From contig DASVSV010000315.1 of assembly GCA_036387915.1 (NCBI GenBank), positions 1-60,062 on the forward strand: a DNA stretch of 60,062 nucleotides, read 5' to 3'. Made by a program: the position numbers and the translations under genes. Below the pieces are notes generated by a model. It had not been told where the DNA came from, searched no databases, and saw only the letters and a program-made list of their open reading frames with translations. The DNA comes from Thermoanaerobaculia bacterium (lineage in GTDB: Bacteria > Acidobacteriota > Thermoanaerobaculia > Gp7-AA8). Positions 1 through 7,497 of this stretch are shown here, one piece after another. Every line of letters begins with the position of its first letter. The first letter of the stretch is position 1.

Positions 1-1
1 T

Positions 2-196
2 GGCCTCGGTCGCCTCGCCCGGCTTGAGGGTGACGTCCATCTCTTTCTAGAACGCCAGCCCGCCGAACGCGGCGAACATGATGACGATGCCGAAGTGCAC
101 GACGTAGCCGCCGTAGCGCCGCCGGTTGCGGCCGACGAGGCGCACGAGCGCCGCCGCCGGGTTCTCGCCGTGCATCCGCATCCGCGCCGAGACGCC
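2..196 (-). pseudogene. ccmF: CcmF C-terminal reading frame continuing in the same frame after TAG 197-199; it contains a second in-frame TAG at 47-49 and runs off the window
   Basis: Manual reverse translation gives ...LQEFQ*GVSARMRMHGENPAAALVRLVGRNRRRYGGYVVHFGIVIMFAAFGGLAF*KEMDVTLKPGEATEA. The RRRYGGY motif followed by a hydrophobic helix is what is expected in the CcmF C-terminal part. Confidence 0.6.
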
Positions 197-1606
197 CTAC
201 TGGAACTCCTGCAGGATGGTGCCGAGCACGAACGCGGCGAGCGCGTAGCAGATCACCGCATACGGGTCGCGCATCCCGATGGCGAGCAGCGCCGCGCCCG
301 TGGCGAGGCCGATGCCGACCGGCGCCGTGAACTGCCGCCGCAGGTTGGAGACCGACGCCCGGCGCCACGCGATGAGCGGGCCGACGCCGGTGAGGCCGAG
401 CAGCAGGAGCCCGAGCGGGACGTTGACCGTGTTGAAGAACGGCGGGCCGACCGTGATCTTCTCGCCGCGGACGGCCTCGCTGATGATCGGGAACAGCGTG
501 CCCCAGAGCACCGAGAACGCGATGCCCACGAGCACCAGGTTGTTGTACAGGAACGCGGCCTCGCGGCTCACCATGCTCTCCAGCTCCGCCTGCGCCTCGA
601 GGTCCTTGAGGCGCGTGGTCACCAGATAGGCGGTGACGACGATGCTGACGATCAGGAAGCCGGCGAACCAGTTGCCCACCGGCGACTGCGCGAACGAGTG
701 GACGCTCTCGATGATGCCGCTGCGCGTGATGAACGTGCCCAGGATGGAGAGCAGGAACGTGGAGACGACGAGCGTCACGTTCCACTTGCGCAGCATGCCG
801 CGCTTCTCCTGGATCATGATCGAGTGCAGGAACGCCGTGCCCGTGAGCCACGGGAGCAGCGACGCGTTCTCGACCGGATCCCAGGCCCAGTAACCGCCCC
901 AGCCGAGGACCTCGTACGCCCACCAGCCGCCGAGCATGATCGCGACGGACTGAAAGATCCACGGCAGCATCAGCGACTCGCGCAAAGGCTTGAGCACGTT
1001 GTGCCCGAGCCGCCCTTTCATCAGCGCGGCGCAGGCGAAGCCGAAGGGGATGGTGAAGCCGACGTAGCCCAGATAAAGGAAGGGCGGGTGGATCGCCATC
1101 AGGATGTGGTTCTGGAGCAGCGGATTGGGGCCCGGTCCATCCATCGGCGGAGAGGGCACGGTGTGGAACGGGTTGGCCGGTCCGGCGATGAGGAAGCTGA
1201 AGAAGGCGGCGCACGCGAGCCAGACGCCGATCGCGTCGGGCTGGTACTCCTCGTAGCGGTTGCGGGTGAGGAACGTCGCCACGGCGATGTACGCGCCGAG
1301 GACCAGGCCCCAGAAGAGGATGGAACCTTCGAGCGACGACCAGAGACTGACGACCGTGATCCAGGTCGGCACGGTCCGCGACCCGACCTGCGCGACGTAG
1401 CTGACGGAGAAGTCGTGCGCGAGGAGCGCGTAGACCATCAGCAGCGTGGCGGAGACGATCAGGCCGGAGTAGAGGTAGGCGAAGCGGCGCGCCCACTTCA
1501 GCCCGTCCGCCGAGCGCGTGCGCCCGGCGGCGAAACCGAGGATCGCGCCGGCGGCGGCGGCGAGGAGGGAACCGAGGATGAGCAGTCGTCCGAGGGCAGG
1601 GATCAT
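197..1606 (-). CDS. ccmF: Cytochrome c-type biogenesis heme lyase CcmF (first 469 aa, up to the first in-frame TAG)
   Basis: Polytopic membrane protein with the Trp-rich motif WGGYWAWDPVENASLLPW. Its ATGA start overlaps the ccmE stop. Confidence 0.9.
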   Translation of the reverse strand: MIPALGRLLILGSLLAAAAGAILGFAAGRTRSADGLKWARRFAYLYSGLIVSATLLMVYALLAHDFSVSYVAQVGSRTVPTWITVVSLWSSLEGSILFWGLVLGAYIAVATFLTRNRYEEYQPDAIGVWLACAAFFSFLIAGPANPFHTVPSPPMDGPGPNPLLQNHILMAIHPPFLYLGYVGFTIPFGFACAALMKGRLGHNVLKPLRESLMLPWIFQSVAIMLGGWWAYEVLGWGGYWAWDPVENASLLPWLTGTAFLHSIMIQEKRGMLRKWNVTLVVSTFLLSILGTFITRSGIIESVHSFAQSPVGNWFAGFLIVSIVVTAYLVTTRLKDLEAQAELESMVSREAAFLYNNLVLVGIAFSVLWGTLFPIISEAVRGEKITVGPPFFNTVNVPLGLLLLGLTGVGPLIAWRRASVSNLRRQFTAPVGIGLATGAALLAIGMRDPYAVICYALAAFVLGTILQEFQ

Positions 1607-2079
1607 GTGTTGCCTTGCTCGACGGACTTCATCATCCGCTCGAGCTCTTTCCGGTCGACGGGGTGTCCCGTCTCCGGGGCCTTGTATTCATTGTTGTGCG
1701 AGACCATCAGCCGACTCGACTCGAAGTAGCCGCCCGGCACCATCGTGCCTTCGACGACCACGCCGATGTTCTCGCGGAACATCTGCGGCGGCACGCTGGT
1801 GGTCTTGACCGCGACGCGCGACTTGCCGTCGTGCACGACGAACTCGACGTTCGAGCCGCCGATCTTCCTGATGGAGTTCTTCGCCACCATGCCGCCGAGG
1901 CGGATCGACGCGCCGTAGGCCTTCCTGCCGTTGTCGTGCAGGTCCGAGGGCGTCCAGTAGTAAACGAGGTTGTCGCTGATGCCGCTCGCGGCGATCATCG
2001 TGAAGGCGGCGCCGGCGACGGCCAGCGCGCCGATCATGAACCAGCGGTTGCGGCGGCGTGTTTTGTCGGATTCGGTCAT
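1603..2079 (-). CDS. ccmE: Heme chaperone CcmE
   Basis: N-terminal TM anchor, OB-fold region and heme-binding SHNNEY (HxxxY) motif. The ATG at 2079 overlaps the ccmD stop (ATGA). Confidence 0.9.
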   Translation of the reverse strand: MTESDKTRRRNRWFMIGALAVAGAAFTMIAASGISDNLVYYWTPSDLHDNGRKAYGASIRLGGMVAKNSIRKIGGSNVEFVVHDGKSRVAVKTTSVPPQMFRENIGVVVEGTMVPGGYFESSRLMVSHNNEYKAPETGHPVDRKELERMMKSVEQGNT

Positions 2080-2195
2080 GACCTGGGTTCCTTGAGACGG
2101 GCGAACAGCGAGACTGCATAGACGATGAAGCCGATCGCGGTGACGCTGTACGCGGCGACGACGAACTCCCACCCTCCCTGGACCACTCCGCTCAT
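2076..2195 (-). CDS. ccmD: Heme exporter protein CcmD (39 aa, single TM)
   Basis: Sequence MSGVVQGGWEFVVAAYSVTAIGFIVYAVSLFARLKEPRS. Position between ccmC and ccmE, with ATGA overlaps on both sides. Confidence 0.7.
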   Translation of the reverse strand: MSGVVQGGWEFVVAAYSVTAIGFIVYAVSLFARLKEPRS

Positions 2196-2884
2196 GCGAG
2201 CTCTCCCGCTTCTTCGTAATGTTGGGGCACGGCCGTTTCGTTCCGCAGCCGCAGGGCGGCGATGCGCGTGCGCAGCATGATGAACCCGATCATGACGAAC
2301 AGCACTCCGAACGCGTTGACACGCAACGGTAAATGAAACGCGGACGCCACGGTCTGCGGCGTCGACTGCTGCTGGTGCAGCGAGTTCCACCACTTGACCG
2401 AGTAGTAGACGATGGGCAGGTCGACCGCGGCGATGATCGTCGCCACGGCGGACCAGGTCGCGCGGCGCTGCGGGTCGTCGACGAAGCTGCGCAGCGCCAC
2501 GATGCCGAGCGAGGCCATCAGCAGCACGGCCACCGAGGTCAGGCGCGGATCCCAGTCCCACCAGACGCCCCAGGTCGGCTTGGCCCAGATGGCTCCCTGG
2601 CAGCAGAGCAGAAACGCCAGCAGCACGCCGACTTCGAGTGCCGCTTCGAGGCGCGAGTCCCACTTCATGTTGGTGGTGAAGAGATAGGCGATGGCGCAGA
2701 TGAACGCGAAGATGACGGCCAGCATCCAGTTCCAGGCGGTGGGCACGTGGACGTACATGATCCGCTGCACTTCCCCCATGTAGCGCTCGGCCGGGGCCAC
2801 GGCCAGTCCCCAGTACGAGCCGAAGATCAGCAGCAGCGCGCCGAGCGCGAGGATGACGTAGGGAGTCTTCGAGGTCTGCATCAT
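2192..2884 (-). CDS. ccmC: Heme exporter protein CcmC
   Basis: WGVWWDWDPRLT Trp-rich motif and multiple TM helices. The ATG at 2884 overlaps the ccmB stop. Confidence 0.9.
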   Translation of the reverse strand: MMQTSKTPYVILALGALLLIFGSYWGLAVAPAERYMGEVQRIMYVHVPTAWNWMLAVIFAFICAIAYLFTTNMKWDSRLEAALEVGVLLAFLLCCQGAIWAKPTWGVWWDWDPRLTSVAVLLMASLGIVALRSFVDDPQRRATWSAVATIIAAVDLPIVYYSVKWWNSLHQQQSTPQTVASAFHLPLRVNAFGVLFVMIGFIMLRTRIAALRLRNETAVPQHYEEAGELA

Positions 2885-3540
2885 TCCTCCACCACGCGGC
2901 CGAACAGCAGGCCGCACAGCGACCAGTAGATGAGGTCGAACGCGGCGAGGAGGGCGATCCACGCCTGGGCCTGATTCATGGGATCTCCGAGGATCACGAG
3001 CGATGTTGCGTTCACGGACGCGAGCAGTACCGGGACGATCAGCGGGAACAACAGCAAAGGGAGCAGCATCTGTTTCGCCTTCACCTGCGCGGTCATCGCC
3101 GCGTAAAGCGTTCCGGGGGCGGACAACCCCGCGGTCCCGAGGGCGATGATGCCGAGCAGCCGAAGGAGATCGGTTGTGGCCGCATCGTAGAGGATGACCA
3201 TGACCGGCACCAGCGCGATGCCGAGCAACATGAGCTGAAGCCAGTTCGCCAGCGCCTTGCCGTAGTAGAGCGCCAGCGGGTTCGACGGCAGGAGGAGCAG
3301 CCCTTCCAGGGCACGGTTCTCCATCTCACCGTGAAAGGACTCGGCCAGCGTGAGCGTCGATGACAGCAGCAGCCCCAGCCAGAGGAAGCCGGCCGAGAAG
3401 GTGCGCAGCGTCTTCGCGTCCGGACCGACCGCAAAGCTGAAGAGGAGCAGCGCGGTGGCGCCAAAGACGAACACGGCCATGAGCTGCCCGCGCGTCCGCC
3501 ACTGGAGGAGCAACTCCTTGCGCAACGCGGCGGTCAGCAT
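2881..3540 (-). CDS. ccmB: Heme exporter permease CcmB
   Basis: Hydrophobic about 219 aa protein starting MLTAALRKELLLQWRTRGQL, located between ccmA and ccmC. The longer ORF N-terminus is encoded by the inverted repeat and was discarded. Confidence 0.85.
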   Translation of the reverse strand: MLTAALRKELLLQWRTRGQLMAVFVFGATALLLFSFAVGPDAKTLRTFSAGFLWLGLLLSSTLTLAESFHGEMENRALEGLLLLPSNPLALYYGKALANWLQLMLLGIALVPVMVILYDAATTDLLRLLGIIALGTAGLSAPGTLYAAMTAQVKAKQMLLPLLLFPLIVPVLLASVNATSLVILGDPMNQAQAWIALLAAFDLIYWSLCGLLFGRVVEE

Positions 3541-3565
3541 GCCGTTAGCCTCAGGGGACCGACGA

Positions 3566-3702
3566 GGGGCCTCCGGCGGGCCGGTACGACCGGCAGCGCT
3601 TGTTGGCCTAGCCTGACCGCACGCCTGTCTACGAAACACGTGTTTGCGCGACGACATGAGCACAACAAGCGCTGCCGGTCGTACCGGCCCGCCGGAGGCC
3701 CC
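3566..3702. repeat. Perfect 40-bp inverted repeat (arms 3566-3605 and 3663-3702) with a 57-nt spacer that contains the palindrome AAACACGTGTTT (3634-3645)
   Basis: Arm 1 is GGGGCCTCCGGCGGGCCGGTACGACCGGCAGCGCTTGTTG. Arm 2 is its exact reverse complement. The element lies in the ccmA-ccmB spacer. Confidence 0.95.
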
Positions 3703-3721
3703 CCGGTTGGTTCCATGTGGC

Positions 3722-4372
3722 CTAGCATGGCCCGTACTCCACCACCCGGCCGGCCTCGAGCACGAGCGACATGTCCGCGAGTTTGGCGCTGCGCTCGAGC
3801 TGGTGCGTGGCCATGAGGATCGTCGTGCCGCGGCGTTTCAGCTCGCCGATCACGGCGTCGACGAGGTCGAATCCGGGAGGGTCGAGCGCGCCGTAGGGCT
3901 CGTCGAGGAAGACCACTTTGGGTTCCTGCAGCAGTACGCGTCCGAACGACAGGCGCTTGCGCATGCCGGCGGAGAACGTGGAGACGAGGTCATCGGCGCG
4001 CGGGGCGAGTCCGACCTGCTCGAGCACCGCCATCACACGGGAACGCGCGATGCCGAGGTGATCCGCGACGATGTGCAGGTTCTCGCGCGCGGTCAGCGAG
4101 TCGTAGAGATAGTTCGCGTGCGAGAGGATAGCCGTCATCCGCCGCACGTCCTCGCGATGGCGCACGACGTCGAATCCGCCGATCGTGGCCCGGCCCTGAT
4201 CAGGACGGATGGCGGTCGCAAGGACGCGGAACAGCGTCGACTTCCCCGCGCCGTTGCGTCCCGAGACAATGACCACCGTCGCCGGCGGCACGTGAAATGA
4301 GACGTCCGCGAGCGCCCAGCGCCTGCCGTAACGGCGGGCCACACGCTCCACCTCGATCGCCACCTCGCTCAT
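3722..4372 (-). CDS. ccmA: Heme export ABC transporter ATP-binding protein CcmA
   Basis: Walker A GRNGAGKST, ABC signature FSAGMRKRL and Walker B VVFLDEP. The start at MSEVAIEV was chosen; an alternative ATG lies at 4402. Confidence 0.9.
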   Translation of the reverse strand: MSEVAIEVERVARRYGRRWALADVSFHVPPATVVIVSGRNGAGKSTLFRVLATAIRPDQGRATIGGFDVVRHREDVRRMTAILSHANYLYDSLTARENLHIVADHLGIARSRVMAVLEQVGLAPRADDLVSTFSAGMRKRLSFGRVLLQEPKVVFLDEPYGALDPPGFDLVDAVIGELKRRGTTILMATHQLERSAKLADMSLVLEAGRVVEYGPC

Positions 4373-4400
4373 GCGCGGGAGTGTGTGATGATTCGCCACC

Positions 4401-6356
4401 ATGCGCAAGCTGCTCCCGCTGGTTCTCGTTCTCGCCTGTGCAACGCAACCCCCGCCACCCGCGCCTGCCATGGCCGAAGGGCCGAAAGAGCCGTACGGCT
4501 TCACCATCGAAGAAGAGGCGACCATCCTCGCGCTCGAAGACCGCCGCGAGCACAACCCCGCCGTCGTCAACACCTGGGTCGCCCACGAGAACTCGCTCCA
4601 CCGTCTCCGCATCGCCCTCGCCCTCGGGCGTATCGGCGCGATCACCAAAACCGGCGTCGCCGAGCTGACCACGCTCTCGAAGGACGCCGACCGGCGCGTT
4701 CGCGAGACCGCCGCCTTCTCCCTCGGCGAGATTGGCGATGGCGCGGAGACGCTGTTCACTCTCGCCGCCGATGCAGACGCGGCCGTCGCCGCGGAAGCGG
4801 TCGAGGCGCTGTCGAAGCTCTCCGTGAACAAGACGCTCCTCCCCCGCTACCTCGCCATCGCCGACGGCGACACGCGCGAAGGCGTCCGCGCCCGCGCCGT
4901 CCGCTATCTCTTCCGCTGGGACGACGACGCCGCCAGCGAAGCCGCCCGCCGCGCGCTCAGCTCCCCGTCGACGAACGTCCGTCAGGAAGCGGCGTACTCG
5001 CTCGCCCGCCGCGCCTACGCCCCCGCGCGCAACGAGTTGCTGCTGGTCATGACCGACCCGAACACGCTCACTCGTGCGTATGCGACGACCGCCCTCGGCC
5101 GCATCGGCGACCGTTCGGCCTTCGACGCGATGCGCACCGCTCTCGGCGATACGCACCCGTGGGTCCGCACCAACGCCGCGATTGCCGTCGGGCGGATCGC
5201 GGAGAAGGACCGCTCCGTCCTCAACGCCGCCGATCTCCCGCGCGTGTTCGCGACGTTCGAAGATCCCGATCCCGGCGTCCGCTCCGCGATGATCGACACC
5301 CTCGGCTACTACGCCGCGATGAACGAGACCGCCCGCGCGCGCCTCGTCGAGACGCTGCGCAACGGCACGTCGTGGGAGCGCGAGCTGACCGCCGGCTCGC
5401 TGGCCAGGCATCTGCCGTGGGATGTCGCATCGCGCATACTCACCGACCTTTCGCCGTGGCAGGTCGTGCGCGTGCTCGAAGCCACCACCGCGATGCCGCA
5501 GGGCGTCGCGCTGCGCCGCCAGTACGCGAATCACGAACAGCCGCTCGTCCGCATGAACGTGCTCGCCAACATCCCCGAGACCGGCGCCGACGCGGAAGCC
5601 GACCTCATTCGCGCCGGCCTCACCGACGCCGACGTGATGGTCCGCGCGAACGCGTACGACCGCATCGGCTTCACGAAAGACGTCCCGCTGCAGACGCTCC
5701 GCGGAGCGGTCGACCGCGAGCGCAGCGCGGGGCTGAACGACGCCCGCATCGCCGCGATCAACACGATCGCCAAGACCGATCCCGCCTTCGCGCAGTCGCT
5801 GGTGCAGGACGCCGATCCCGTCGTCCGCCGCGTCGCCGCCGAGCTGGCCAAAGCGCCGTCGTACGCGCCGCTCCCCGTCAGCCGCACGGCCGCGGAGTAT
5901 CAGGAGATCGTGCGCTGGTCGCGCACGCCGCACACGGCTACGATCCACATGCCGCGCGGCAGGATCGAGATCGCGCTGCTGCCGCAGGACGCGCCGATGA
6001 CGACGTGGAACTTCGCGCAGCTCGCGCAGCGCCGCTACTTCGACAACACCTCGTTCATGCGCGTCGTGCCGAACTTCGTCATCCAGGGCGGCGACCCGCG
6101 CAACGACATGAACGGCGGCCCCGGCTACGCCATCCGCGACGAGATCAACCTGCAGAAATACACGCGCGGCGCGGTGGGCATGGCCCTCTCCGGCCCCGAC
6201 ACCGGCGGCTCGCAGTTCTTCATCACGCACTCGCCGCAGCCGCACCTCGACGGCGGCTACACGATCTTCGGCCGCGTCTACGACGGCATGACCGGCGTCG
6301 TCGACCAGACCGAGCGCGGCGACCGCGTCACCACCATCACCATCGACACCAAATGA
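4401..6356 (+). CDS. Lipoprotein with N-terminal HEAT-like repeats fused to a C-terminal cyclophilin-type peptidyl-prolyl isomerase
   Basis: Signal peptide with lipobox LVLVLAC. Repeated D.....VR..A...LG.IG motifs. C-terminal FMRVVPNFVIQGGDP...GGSQFFITH...HLDGGYTIFGRV. Confidence 0.85.
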   Translation: MRKLLPLVLVLACATQPPPPAPAMAEGPKEPYGFTIEEEATILALEDRREHNPAVVNTWVAHENSLHRLRIALALGRIGAITKTGVAELTTLSKDADRRVRETAAFSLGEIGDGAETLFTLAADADAAVAAEAVEALSKLSVNKTLLPRYLAIADGDTREGVRARAVRYLFRWDDDAASEAARRALSSPSTNVRQEAAYSLARRAYAPARNELLLVMTDPNTLTRAYATTALGRIGDRSAFDAMRTALGDTHPWVRTNAAIAVGRIAEKDRSVLNAADLPRVFATFEDPDPGVRSAMIDTLGYYAAMNETARARLVETLRNGTSWERELTAGSLARHLPWDVASRILTDLSPWQVVRVLEATTAMPQGVALRRQYANHEQPLVRMNVLANIPETGADAEADLIRAGLTDADVMVRANAYDRIGFTKDVPLQTLRGAVDRERSAGLNDARIAAINTIAKTDPAFAQSLVQDADPVVRRVAAELAKAPSYAPLPVSRTAAEYQEIVRWSRTPHTATIHMPRGRIEIALLPQDAPMTTWNFAQLAQRRYFDNTSFMRVVPNFVIQGGDPRNDMNGGPGYAIRDEINLQKYTRGAVGMALSGPDTGGSQFFITHSPQPHLDGGYTIFGRVYDGMTGVVDQTERGDRVTTITIDTK

Positions 6357-6523
6357 CGCCACTGATCGGACGCCTGATGCAGCTCAGCGGCATGATCATC
6401 CTGCCGATCGGATTGCTGTATGGATTCGGCCGCGGCGACATCCGCACCGAGGTGAAGCTGCTGGCCCTCGGCGGATTCCTGTTCGTCCTCGGCTGGATCC
6501 TCTCGCGCGAGCGCGGCTCGTGA
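6353..6523 (+). CDS. Small two-TM membrane protein (56 aa), function unknown
   Basis: Sequence MTPLIGRLMQLSGMIILPIGLLYGFGRGDIRTEVKLLALGGFLFVLGWILSRERGS. ATGA overlap with the upstream stop and GTGA overlap with the downstream start. Confidence 0.5.
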   Translation: MTPLIGRLMQLSGMIILPIGLLYGFGRGDIRTEVKLLALGGFLFVLGWILSRERGS

Positions 6524-7434
6524 GATACACCGTGGTCCTGACGGCGGACTTTCCCCGCATCACCACGGACCTCCTCGCGCCGCACTTTGACGTGATCGCG
6601 CATCCGACGGAGCACGGGCGCACCGAGGACGACCTGATCACCATCCTCGCCGACGCGGATGCCGCGATCGTGCTGCTGCAGGACCCGATCACGCGCCGGG
6701 TGATGGAGGCGAATCCGAATCTGCGCATCGTCTCCAACTTCGCGGTCGGCACGAACAACATCGACGTCGAAGCCGCGCGCGAGCTCGGCGTCACGGTGAC
6801 GAACACGCCCGGCGTGCTGACCGAGGCGACGGCGGACCTGACGCTGGCGCTGATCCTCGCGGTGACGCGGCGCATCGTCGAAGGCGACGAAGAAGTGCGC
6901 ACGCTCCGCCGCTGCGAATGGGAGCCGCTGAAGCTCCTCGGCGCCTCACTGCAGGGCAAACGCCTCGGCGTCGTCGGCATGGGCCGCATCGGCAACGCCG
7001 TCGCCACGCGCGCACGTGCGTTCGGCATGGACATCCTCGGCATCCGCCGCGGCGACCCGCTCGACGAGCTGCTCGCCACCTCGGACGTCGTGTCGCTGCA
7101 CGCACCGCTCACACGCGAGACGCGGCACCTGCTCAACGCGGACACACTGGCGCGCATGAAGCCGGGCGCGTACGTGATCAACACCTCGCGCGGCGCACTG
7201 ATCGACGAAGACGCACTCTGCGACGCCCTCGAGAATGGTCACCTGCGCGGCGCCGCCCTCGATGTCTACGAGCACGAGCCGGAGGTCAATCCGCGACTGC
7301 TGTCGATGAAGAACGTCGTCCTCGCCCCGCACATCGGCTCGGCCACCGAGGACGCCCGCAACGCCATGGCCCGCATCGCCGCGACGAACGTGCTGCTGTT
7401 CTTGCGCGGCCAGCAACCATTGCATCCGGTTTAG
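6520..7434 (+). CDS. D-isomer-specific 2-hydroxyacid dehydrogenase (glyoxylate/hydroxypyruvate reductase-like)
   Basis: NAD-binding motif GVVGMGRIGNAVA, then SRGALIDEDAL and GAALDVYEHEP, and a catalytic-region HIGSAT. GTG start. Confidence 0.85.
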   Translation: MRYTVVLTADFPRITTDLLAPHFDVIAHPTEHGRTEDDLITILADADAAIVLLQDPITRRVMEANPNLRIVSNFAVGTNNIDVEAARELGVTVTNTPGVLTEATADLTLALILAVTRRIVEGDEEVRTLRRCEWEPLKLLGASLQGKRLGVVGMGRIGNAVATRARAFGMDILGIRRGDPLDELLATSDVVSLHAPLTRETRHLLNADTLARMKPGAYVINTSRGALIDEDALCDALENGHLRGAALDVYEHEPEVNPRLLSMKNVVLAPHIGSATEDARNAMARIAATNVLLFLRGQQPLHPV

Positions 7435-7497
7435 CGTGTCCTCATCGCCCTCCCTCCCCACCGACACCCATACTGAATAATGTTATGCTGTAACAGC

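Noticed and set aside
95-1729. 544-aa plus-strand ORF opposite ccmF/ccmE.
   Set aside because: The product is Arg/Asp/Glu/Ala-rich and low in complexity. It lies antisense to a gene with unmistakable CcmF motifs, which is a typical GC-rich shadow ORF.
3566-3702. ORFs reading through the ccmA-ccmB inverted repeat (3534-3728 minus, the start of 3644-4300 plus, and the N-terminus of the 2881-3663 ORF).
   Set aside because: The same peptide, SAAGRTGPPEAP, appears on both strands simply because the DNA is a perfect palindrome. There is no independent coding evidence.
4200-6362. 720-aa minus-strand ORF, and the 712-aa plus-strand ORF at 4385-6523, overlapping the HEAT-cyclophilin gene.
   Set aside because: Both have extreme Arg/Gly/Ala/Asp composition and no recognisable domain. 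The 4401-6356 frame carries a signal peptide, HEAT repeats and a complete cyclophilin domain.
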